Virus record (IMG/VR): IMGVR_UViG_3300029183_000021
Span: 1-33,924 of that record
Reading direction: 5' to 3' (one strand)
Origin: a virus
Taxonomy: Duplodnaviria; Caudoviricetes
DNA length: 33,924 nt
Shown here: in pieces, positions 27,238-33,924 of the stretch
How positions within the stretch are numbered: position 1 is the first letter of the stretch
Layout of the letters: each line of letters starts with the position of its first letter
The notes under the pieces: generated by a model
Seen by the model: only the letters and a program-made list of their open reading frames with translations
Database searches by the model: none
What the model was told of the DNA's origin: nothing
Made by a program: the position numbers and the translations under genes

Positions 27238-27253
27238 GTATTGAAGAAATACT
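27238..27253 (-). promoter_or_regulatory. Late motif AGTA-N5-TCAATAC upstream of scaffold-coat
   Basis: Minus strand AGTATTTCTTCAATAC, followed by TATAGG and a CGGCA/TGCCG hairpin (27204-27219). Confidence 0.7.
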
Positions 27254-27259
27254 GGGAAA

Positions 27260-29422
27260 TTATTCTCCCAGTATCTCGTCTATGTCCTCGATTACCGTGT
27301 CCGTCCCAAGATCCTCTCTTACGACAGGCCCCGGAGCGCGGGGAATGATGTCATCCACTGTGATGTTTGTAGTCTCTGTTACCTCAGTCGTGGTAGGAGC
27401 CTTGAAAGCATCACTGATGATTTTCTTGTTGTCAGATTCAGCTGACGCTTCTATTTCAGCTATGGTACGCTGGTTCTCGTTAGATTGTTTGAGAGCCTCA
27501 GTCCCCATCTTACCTTTGTTCTGTTCCCGTACCTTCTGTAGATCACCTTCGACCTTCATACGAGTCTCTGCCAAGCTTGTGTTAGACTTGATCTGATCAG
27601 AGGCGAGTTTAGCCATACGATCTTTGTCGTCGTCTATGATAGAGGCTTGAAGTTGCTGTATGATGCCCATGAGGTACTCGTTCTGACCTTCCAGATCAGT
27701 AACAGCCTGTTGAGCAGCTTCCATAGCCTGCATAGCTTCAGGAGGGATATTCCCTTTAGAGTCTTGTAGCTCAGGAGGTAGTAACTTCTTAAGGTCTTCG
27801 ATGATGGCCTCTTTGTTAGGTACATTGAGGTTCTCTACAAGCCTGATGTTAAGAAGGGGAGCTGCCTGAGGGTTAGTAGCGATCATCTCTTGAAGCACGA
27901 TCACTGATTCTTTCTTACGAGTCTCTACAGAAGGACCAGTAGCCACCTCAAGCATGAGGTCTTTTAGGTTCAGGCTAAGATCCTTCCATCTGTATTGGAC
28001 TTCCTCGTCTTCCACTGTCACAGTCCTGGTAGTGTCATAAACATTGTTCATGAGCCAGAGCATTACTCGGCCACACTGCTTGATGGACTTCATGAGGTTG
28101 TCAGTAAAGTGAGCTGTTGCGATCTCACCTTGACGTGAGCGGTTCATAAGAGCTACACCAGACTCATCACTCGAATCCTTCTGTCCGAACATAGGGTCGA
28201 AGATAGAAGTCTCACGGGACATGTCTTGGATAGCTGCGTTCTTAGAATTGATGAGTCCCTCTGTCTGGGCCCTGGCATCAGTCCTTTCAGGAGAGGGCAC
28301 CATCTGACCACCAAGAGTCTCTGGTTTGTAGATAAGGGCGTCGTAAGTCTTAGTGTTGGCAGTCTTCCAGATCTTCTCATATCCCTCGATCTGTCCTTCA
28401 GTGATAAGCCAAGGGGCCTTAGGAGTGAGAGCTGCAGCTTCTGCTTCGGAAGACACGTAGTAGTTCACCATTACTTGGGAATCTCTTACCATGTCCACGA
28501 TACCACCGTACTGTAATCCGTACTCTGTGAACATCCTGTAACCAACCACAGGCACGATAGGGATATAAGGCATGTCGTAGTCAGTAGAGGAGATGATCTT
28601 GTCACCTACTACATGAGTACATCTGATGTAAGGGATCTCTATGTTTCGAGTACCTACTACCTGGACATCTAAAGGCATCACAACATTGTCAGGGATTTCC
28701 CCGTCGATGTATTCACCATTAGAGAGGAAGTTACGCTTGGTGTTCTTGTAGAACTTCTCATAGAATAGCACAGATGGCGTAGTGTCGTTAGGGACCTGCC
28801 AGTATTGGTACACATCCACACCTGAGGTACCAATGTCGTTACCGTATTTCTTCTTAGCAGATTTGGTATCGAGGTACTTGATGTAGATACCTGAACAAGC
28901 ATCAGATCCGTCCACTTCTTCGGAAGCGGGGTCGAGGTAACAGGATAACGGGTCCCTGATAGTGTCGACACTGATACTCTGGTCCATGTTGTAATCGTTC
29001 GCGTACTCAGTCCCTACATGGATAAACCCTCTACCACATGCTACTGCATTCCAGAAAGCAGTCTGATAAGATTCATGTGCGTTGGATTTGTTCTCTACCC
29101 CTCTGATCTCTTCCTTAAGGATGGGAGCAGATGGGATATCGGCAGATACCGTAGGAGATACGGGGTCCAAGATAAAGGGATTCACGATACGATCTATATA
29201 AGGTTTCGTAAAGTTGTTTGTTAGTGTTGGACGTCCTTTGTCGTTAGCACGTCTGCGTCTTTGGCGCTCGTCCCATTGCTCACCGGTGGCGAACTTAAGA
29301 GAGTCCCTGTAACGCTCATATTCGATGCCATAAGCACCATTGTATTCTGATAACAGATTTCGGTACCTACCTAGGGAGTCAAGCTCTTCGGGGGTACGAC
29401 CTGTGTCTACTACTTTAGCCAT
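27260..29422 (-). CDS. Portal protein, P22 gp1 family
   Basis: KFATGEQW...GRPTLTNN, YIPIVPVVG, DSQVMVNY and ESGVAL..R..QG motifs; C-terminal coiled-coil barrel. Confidence 0.95.
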   Translation of the reverse strand: MAKVVDTGRTPEELDSLGRYRNLLSEYNGAYGIEYERYRDSLKFATGEQWDERQRRRRANDKGRPTLTNNFTKPYIDRIVNPFILDPVSPTVSADIPSAPILKEEIRGVENKSNAHESYQTAFWNAVACGRGFIHVGTEYANDYNMDQSISVDTIRDPLSCYLDPASEEVDGSDACSGIYIKYLDTKSAKKKYGNDIGTSGVDVYQYWQVPNDTTPSVLFYEKFYKNTKRNFLSNGEYIDGEIPDNVVMPLDVQVVGTRNIEIPYIRCTHVVGDKIISSTDYDMPYIPIVPVVGYRMFTEYGLQYGGIVDMVRDSQVMVNYYVSSEAEAAALTPKAPWLITEGQIEGYEKIWKTANTKTYDALIYKPETLGGQMVPSPERTDARAQTEGLINSKNAAIQDMSRETSIFDPMFGQKDSSDESGVALMNRSRQGEIATAHFTDNLMKSIKQCGRVMLWLMNNVYDTTRTVTVEDEEVQYRWKDLSLNLKDLMLEVATGPSVETRKKESVIVLQEMIATNPQAAPLLNIRLVENLNVPNKEAIIEDLKKLLPPELQDSKGNIPPEAMQAMEAAQQAVTDLEGQNEYLMGIIQQLQASIIDDDKDRMAKLASDQIKSNTSLAETRMKVEGDLQKVREQNKGKMGTEALKQSNENQRTIAEIEASAESDNKKIISDAFKAPTTTEVTETTNITVDDIIPRAPGPVVREDLGTDTVIEDIDEILGE

Positions 29423-29426
29423 TTAT

Positions 29427-30746
29427 TTAGCTCCATCGATCATCACTGTCGTGTGATCCGTAAAAGTTATTCGCTACTTTGCTAGAATCGACTTGAGGTA
29501 CGAAGAAGGTCATAGCTAGTGCGTCAGCTATATCCGGGGACTTGATGCCTCGGGCTTTCATTTTCTCTTTGGACTCTAACTGTAACTGACTCGCAGTATT
29601 GAAGAAATACTTGATGGAAGTCAGTTGTCCCTCTAGTTCTACGTCAGCTGGGAGTACACCATCGCTCTTGATCCACTGCTTCATCTCATCCCAACACTCG
29701 ATACGAGCATTCTTGTACTTAGCCTTACCACGAGGGGCGAAAGAAGAGTTGTACTCTACCACAGACAAGCCAGAACCTTTGGCTTCTTTCCTGGTGAAGT
29801 CTACGAAGGAGCCACCTAAGCCCCCTCCGTCGATCACTAGCTTAGCCACGCCAAACTTGTGACAATCTGACAGTACTTGTTCTGCCAATATGTCAGATTT
29901 GGTCTTAGCCCACTGCCTCATGTGTAGTATTTCACTACCACGCCTGAGTATAAGTGCCGATTTGTCACTACCCATACGAGCCACGTCTAGCGCAGCTGTG
30001 ATAGGGATATTCTCATCCCTGGTAAAGAATCTACCTTGGGACCCAGCTACATCCAGTAATGAAATGAATTGGTCATCCAGGTCTGTAGCAAAGCCACCCA
30101 TCCACACATAATTGTAGAGATCGGGGTCTGTGTCCCTACAATGCTCTGCTTGTTCTATGATGTCTGTGGGACAAAACCTGTTGTCGACATAATTCACCTT
30201 CTCGATCAAAGTCCTAGGGGGAAGTGATCCAGCTAGGAATGTCTTTGCTACGGGGTCTGTGGGAAGACGGGGATTGAATAGTACCCAAATCTCCGAGCCA
30301 TTCTTACGGATAGTCGGAGTCAGGTTTTCCCAGGCCAGTTTAGAGATAGAAGAGGCCTCCTCTACGATGGCTATGTCAAAACCTTCCCAAGACTTAACAC
30401 CCTCTGGATCAGAATTGACTCCCTTGAAGTTAAACTCGGACCCCGTAAGCTTACATATGATGGCTGTCTTAGTCTTGGTAAAGTCGTCTTCAAGTCCCAA
30501 ACGTACTATCGTGTTCCAGATAAGCTTGTGGGACGACTTCTCAATGTTAGACTGGTACTCACGGATACAGAGGATGTCTACTTTGTAAGTGTAGGCATAA
30601 TAAACGGCGGCTTGGAACATCTCCCACGATTTTGAAGATGACCTGCCGCCGTAGAGTACCTTGTACTTGGACTTCTTGTAGAGGATCTTGGCCTGCTTAC
30701 ACGCAAGCCTTAGTTTGATCCTACGAATCTTCCTCGAGATCGACAT
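29427..30746 (-). CDS. terL: Terminase large subunit (PBSX/XtmB-like ATPase plus RNase H-like nuclease)
   Basis: VLYGGRSSSKS Walker A, IAIVEEA Walker B, LTPTIRKNGSEIW..FNP, ALDVAR and SPDIADALAMTF. Confidence 0.95.
   Translation of the reverse strand: MSISRKIRRIKLRLACKQAKILYKKSKYKVLYGGRSSSKSWEMFQAAVYYAYTYKVDILCIREYQSNIEKSSHKLIWNTIVRLGLEDDFTKTKTAIICKLTGSEFNFKGVNSDPEGVKSWEGFDIAIVEEASSISKLAWENLTPTIRKNGSEIWVLFNPRLPTDPVAKTFLAGSLPPRTLIEKVNYVDNRFCPTDIIEQAEHCRDTDPDLYNYVWMGGFATDLDDQFISLLDVAGSQGRFFTRDENIPITAALDVARMGSDKSALILRRGSEILHMRQWAKTKSDILAEQVLSDCHKFGVAKLVIDGGGLGGSFVDFTRKEAKGSGLSVVEYNSSFAPRGKAKYKNARIECWDEMKQWIKSDGVLPADVELEGQLTSIKYFFNTASQLQLESKEKMKARGIKSPDIADALAMTFFVPQVDSSKVANNFYGSHDSDDRWS
29596..29611 (-). 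promoter_or_regulatory. Late motif copy inside terL, about 175 nt upstream of the portal start
   Basis: Exact 16-nt match to 27238-27253; both are followed by CAGTTA after 6-7 nt. Confidence 0.55.
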
Positions 30747-31107
30747 CTACGTCCTCCCGGTCCTCGAACGTCACTTCCAACTCTGTCTTCACATTAGACT
30801 TGATGTCTTGAGTAGCTTCGATCTTGTTGACCTCTGATACTCTGAAGTAAGCTGACAGTGCGAACTTGTTTCTCCCAAGCTCTGTTTGTGTATTAGCATT
30901 TACTGCTTCATCTGCGTAGTGTGCTTCTGCTAGAGTCTTGGCTAGATCGTAAGCTTCCTCGAATTCGGGATACTCTTCTTGCCAGAGTTGCATAGCTCTC
31001 TTGGACACCTTAAGTTCTTTACACCAAGCGATAGGGAGGAGACCCTTCTCCCCCATATCTACGATCCTTTTACAGAAGATCTTCTTGTATTTCTTCGGAT
31101 ATGCCAT
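30721..31107 (-). CDS. terS: Terminase small subunit
   Basis: GGAGG RBS; N-terminal HTH followed by WQEEYPEFEEAY; immediately upstream of terL. Confidence 0.85.
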   Translation of the reverse strand: MAYPKKYKKIFCKRIVDMGEKGLLPIAWCKELKVSKRAMQLWQEEYPEFEEAYDLAKTLAEAHYADEAVNANTQTELGRNKFALSAYFRVSEVNKIEATQDIKSNVKTELEVTFEDREDVDVDLEEDS

Positions 31108-31130
31108 AATTACCTCCTACAGCGGCTAGC

Positions 31131-31559
31131 TTAGATCCCCTGTCCCTTCAACCAGGAAGCAGCAGCACCTAGAGAGGCATAGGCATTTCCCTTGTTGTAG
31201 ACCATGGTAGAGGACTTTTCGGTATCGTTTGAATGTCTAGAAGCAATCACTAATACAGAATCACACATATGCTGCATCATGAAGGTGTCTATAACCTCTT
31301 CGATGCCTGCTTCTACGTTTTCTGGTTGTTTTGTATACGTTTTTAGGAAGATCTCTTCTTTACAGGGATACACTTCCCCTGCTATTCCCTTGATGATGTA
31401 ATCACCCTTAGTGGCTCTCATCTTACCTTCTGGGGTTATCACCTCTAGGAAGTTGGGATACACTATGATATCCTCATGGGACAATTCTTTTATCTCTTCA
31501 GCATTACCACCAGTGTATTGGATAGCTTCAATCTTTATTGGTTTCTTGTAGTACTCCAT
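31131..31559 (-). CDS. Conserved phage protein (KKP..EAIQ / GDYIIKG..GE.YPCK family) fused to an extra C-terminal domain
   Basis: YYKKPIKIEAIQY...TPEGKMRATKGDYIIKGIAGEVYPCKEEIFLKTY plus about 60 additional residues. Confidence 0.8.
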   Translation of the reverse strand: MEYYKKPIKIEAIQYTGGNAEEIKELSHEDIIVYPNFLEVITPEGKMRATKGDYIIKGIAGEVYPCKEEIFLKTYTKQPENVEAGIEEVIDTFMMQHMCDSVLVIASRHSNDTEKSSTMVYNKGNAYASLGAAASWLKGQGI

Positions 31560-31918
31560 TACAACACCTCCCAGTCATGAGCAAATAGATCTGCTTGGGA
31601 AGGGAGCCATCCTGGTTGCCACTTCTTGTCTGCAGTGTACATAGCGATATAGGCTTGACAGTACAGTGGTTGGTCTTCACCGATCCACTTAGCAGTTCTG
31701 TCATTTACCTTACGTGCTGTGTCAGGGGTATTATAGGGAGGAAGGTTGAGCGGGTCCATCTGTACGATAAACATACCTTTACCGTTCCAACCAGCTCTGG
31801 ACACTCTGTGGCCATTTTTAAGAGCGTTTAGAGCATTCTCAAAGGGTAAGCCTACCTTGGACTTACTCATCTCTAATACGCTTATGATATCGTCTAATGG
31901 GATGTCCTCGTTAGCCAT
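31559..31918 (-). CDS. tad2: DUF2829 protein of the Tad2/AcrIIA7 family (nucleotide-signal sponge, anti-defence)
   Basis: FENALNALKNGHRVSRAGWNGKGMFI ... YIAMYTAD....GWLPSQADLFAHDW matches the family signature. Confidence 0.88.
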   Translation of the reverse strand: MANEDIPLDDIISVLEMSKSKVGLPFENALNALKNGHRVSRAGWNGKGMFIVQMDPLNLPPYNTPDTARKVNDRTAKWIGEDQPLYCQAYIAMYTADKKWQPGWLPSQADLFAHDWEVL

Positions 31919-32295
31919 TACTCACCTCCTTGGAGATTTTTACCAAGAATAGCTCTCTTATCCAAAAGATCTCGGTAACTTAAGCTATCCCCTAACTTAT
32001 TTGTTACATGTGAGACCTCTCTACCGAGGAAATAGCTAACGACAGGTGAGTACACCTCAGTGTTCTCTAGGTCCATAACAAGCTCAAGTGCTTGTATGCG
32101 CTTCTCTTTAGGGTGGATACACTTTGTGTGCAATGTTAGAGTCTCTAGCTCTTGTTTACTCTCGTCTGTCTGTACATGCAGTACGAGAGTCTTTGTGCTG
32201 GGAAGGATGTTGTCTTTGCACAACTCTAGCACAGTAGAAGAATTTTGATCAAATTCAGATTGAAGGATGGTTTGGTTAGAAGTTATTTCTATCAC
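31918..32295 (-). CDS. Hypothetical protein, first gene after the upstream late motif
   Basis: GTG start with GAGGT RBS; TAATG coupling to tad2. Confidence 0.75.
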   Translation of the reverse strand: MIEITSNQTILQSEFDQNSSTVLELCKDNILPSTKTLVLHVQTDESKQELETLTLHTKCIHPKEKRIQALELVMDLENTEVYSPVVSYFLGREVSHVTNKLGDSLSYRDLLDKRAILGKNLQGGE

Positions 32296-32352
32296 CTGTT
32301 TTACCTCATTGTTGAGTTATGTACCTGGAGTGGGTCCAGTACCCTATACTTC

Positions 32353-32874
32353 TTAACGCGAGTATTGACGTTTTACTGTATCGATGTCTTTGATGTACTT
32401 GTGTGCTTCCGGGTATTCCTCTTTGGTAATACTGAGGATTTCATTGATGGATTCATTCAAGTATTGTTGGGATATCCTCTCACATTGGTAGGTTTTCTTA
32501 CGAGAACCGTGCTTAAGGTACAGATCCAGTATCCTTACAAGCCTACGTGGTAAGATCTTCCTTACCTCGGACCAATCTACTGTAGGGATGTTGTGTAGGG
32601 TCTTGAGTTTACTAGCAAGCCTCTGGATTCTGTAGTTGAGAGAACTTTGATTCATACCGAACAGGTCAGCTATCACTTGTTGCTTCACCCCTCGTACGAA
32701 CCACAGCTCATAAAGTTCTTGTTCCTCGTCAGGTAGTTCTTTTAAGAGCTCCTGTACAGTTTTCCTATCATCTGTTCTGTCTTCAGGTGTGTACCACATA
32801 TCTTGTATGTCCTCGTCTGATGCGATTCGTGCTAGTGTTTGGTGGTCCATGTAGATTAGATCCATATTGCTCAT
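32353..32874 (-). CDS. Sigma70 region 4-like HTH regulator with two HTH-like units
   Basis: LKELPDEEQELYELWFVRGVKQQVIADLFGMNQSSLNYRIQR; second unit LPRRLVRILDLYLKHGSRKKT....ISQQYL. Confidence 0.75.
   Translation of the reverse strand: MSNMDLIYMDHQTLARIASDEDIQDMWYTPEDRTDDRKTVQELLKELPDEEQELYELWFVRGVKQQVIADLFGMNQSSLNYRIQRLASKLKTLHNIPTVDWSEVRKILPRRLVRILDLYLKHGSRKKTYQCERISQQYLNESINEILSITKEEYPEAHKYIKDIDTVKRQYSR
32362..32377 (-). promoter_or_regulatory. Late motif copy at the head of the late operon
   Basis: Minus strand AGTAAAACGTCAATAC in the last codons of 32353-32874, followed by TATAGG (32348-32343) and a short hairpin. Confidence 0.6.
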
Positions 32875-32885
32875 TTTAAGAGGTC

Positions 32886-33578
32886 TTATTCAGCACTGAA
32901 GTTATCAGGTACTTTCACCCTTCTCCTTCTCTGAAGTTTCTCCTCACCATTCCTGACAGCGTCAGAATAGCATTTGATACTACGAGGGTGTAACACATGT
33001 TTGTGGTACCCTATCGCAGGTGGATTTGTCATGTGGTATTTGAGATAAGATTCTGATTCTGTTTTATTTTCAATTTTCAGGCACTTTAAGACCTTATGTA
33101 GTATCTGCCTAACTTCTACTTGTGTCAGGTTGAAGTTGTAACCTGTTTTACTTTGATGCAGTGTCAGTAGGTAGTACTGTACCACTTTCAGTTTGATGTC
33201 ACTGGGGAGTTTCGTATAAGCAGTGTTTCTATCCAGGGACCTAATAACATCTTCTTCGAAGCTATCAGGTTTATCAGGAGCGTTATCCATCCATCTTACA
33301 GCTTCTACTCCTCTCCTAAGAGCATTACTGATGTTTCCTTGGGACACACCAAATATGATTGCTAATTCCGGTTGTGTCTTATCAGTTATGAAGTAAAGCT
33401 CCAGTAAGTCTTTTGTTACTTCATCCAATCGATCCCAATTCTTCCTATTAAGAGTCTTTGTAAGAGAGGTCTCTTCATTCATGCTTAACAGGTTCTTGTA
33501 TTTCTTAACTTGATCGATCTTTGTAGGATCTATAGATCCAGAGTTGTAAGTCTGTTTTAAAAAGGCTGATTTTTTCAT
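32886..33578 (-). CDS. Sigma70 region 4-like HTH regulator with two HTH-like units, paralogue of 32353-32874
   Basis: LDEVTKDLLELYFITDKTQPELAIIFGVSQGNISNALRR; second unit LPSDIKLKVVQYYLLTLHQSKTG..FNLTQVEVRQIL. Confidence 0.75.
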   Translation of the reverse strand: MKKSAFLKQTYNSGSIDPTKIDQVKKYKNLLSMNEETSLTKTLNRKNWDRLDEVTKDLLELYFITDKTQPELAIIFGVSQGNISNALRRGVEAVRWMDNAPDKPDSFEEDVIRSLDRNTAYTKLPSDIKLKVVQYYLLTLHQSKTGYNFNLTQVEVRQILHKVLKCLKIENKTESESYLKYHMTNPPAIGYHKHVLHPRSIKCYSDAVRNGEEKLQRRRRVKVPDNFSAE

Positions 33579-33584
33579 ACTACT

Positions 33585-33642
33585 GTATTTCTTATAAAGA
33601 GATTATTCAAGAATCAAAGATTCCTACCAGTATTTCTTATAA
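33585..33642. repeat. 13-bp direct repeat GTATTTCTTATAA
   Basis: Copies at 33585-33597 and 33630-33642; degenerate third copy CCAGTATTCTTTAT at 33661. Confidence 0.8.
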
Positions 33643-33739
33643 GAGTCGCTTCGCTCCCTTCCAGTATTCTTTATCTCTCCCGTTTGTTTTGGAGTCTTCG
33701 ACTCTCTTAGCAGTTTGGACAGAGGAGCGAAGCGACTCT
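33642..33739. repeat. Perfect 16-bp inverted repeat with a nested hairpin
   Basis: AGAGTCGCTTCGCTCC (33642-33657) / GGAGCGAAGCGACTCT (33724-33739); inner GAGTC-TTC-GACTC at 33692-33704. Confidence 0.85.
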
Positions 33740-33924
33740 GGATGGTGTATAGAAAGAAAAAAGAGAATTCAGTTAAACAGAGACCAGTTAGGGAGGAAAA
33801 GAAAAACAAGAAAAAACAGAAAGAGCAAGAAACGAAAAGAAACCAGGTACTACTGACTTTACACACCCTTACTACTATTTACTTTGTTTACATTCCTTAC
33901 TCCATTGGATCGTGACTGGGAAAC

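Larger units (their letters stand above)
1..33924. mobile_element. Tailed dsDNA bacteriophage with P22-like podovirus morphogenesis genes, possibly near-complete
   Basis: Ordered terS-terL-portal-scaffold-coat-adaptor-gp10-ejection-tailspike-lysis block on the minus strand and small early genes on the plus strand. No host housekeeping genes and no tape measure or sheath gene. Confidence 0.95.

Noticed and set aside
27222-27242. Resemblance to the T7 promoter (AATACGACTCAC-agt-TATAGG on the minus strand)
   Set aside because: A 3-nt insertion breaks T7 spacing, no single-subunit RNA polymerase is encoded in the window, and GACTCAC is absent from the other three motif copies.
33624-33915. ORFs 33624-33866 (-) and 33715-33915 (+)
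   Set aside because: Phe-rich or Lys-rich translations of the purine tract with non-ATG starts; better explained as non-coding.
33880-33924. Direct or inverted terminal repeat with the left end
   Set aside because: Only a 6-nt CCATTG match was seen, so completeness cannot be shown.

Overview
The whole 33.9 kb window is a tailed dsDNA phage with a P22-like (podovirus) morphogenesis module, possibly close to a complete genome opened in its control region; no terminal repeat is visible to prove that. The minus strand (33578 to 5449) carries two paralogous sigma-region-4-like HTH regulators, a Tad2/AcrIIA7 (DUF2829) anti-defence gene with two neighbours, TerS, TerL, portal, scaffold, P22-type coat, head-tail adaptor, a gp10-like tail protein, three probable ejection proteins, three receptor-binding proteins, a lysis cluster (holin-like, phospholipase A2-like, M15A endolysin) and a 523-aa orphan. 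The plus strand (256-5452) holds small early/accessory genes, with no recognisable integrase, polymerase, primase or helicase. The most unusual signals are regulatory: (i) a motif AGTA-N5-TCAATAC in four co-oriented copies ahead of late gene blocks, a candidate target for the paired sigma4-like proteins; (ii) a three-way-junction RNA leader whose 5' strand can alternatively pair with the ribosome-binding region of the 250-aa early gene; (iii) a predicted ~95-nt antisense RNA over the start of an antirepressor-like gene; (iv) four early proteins with a similar C-terminal motif. All family calls come from motif recognition by eye; no searches were run.
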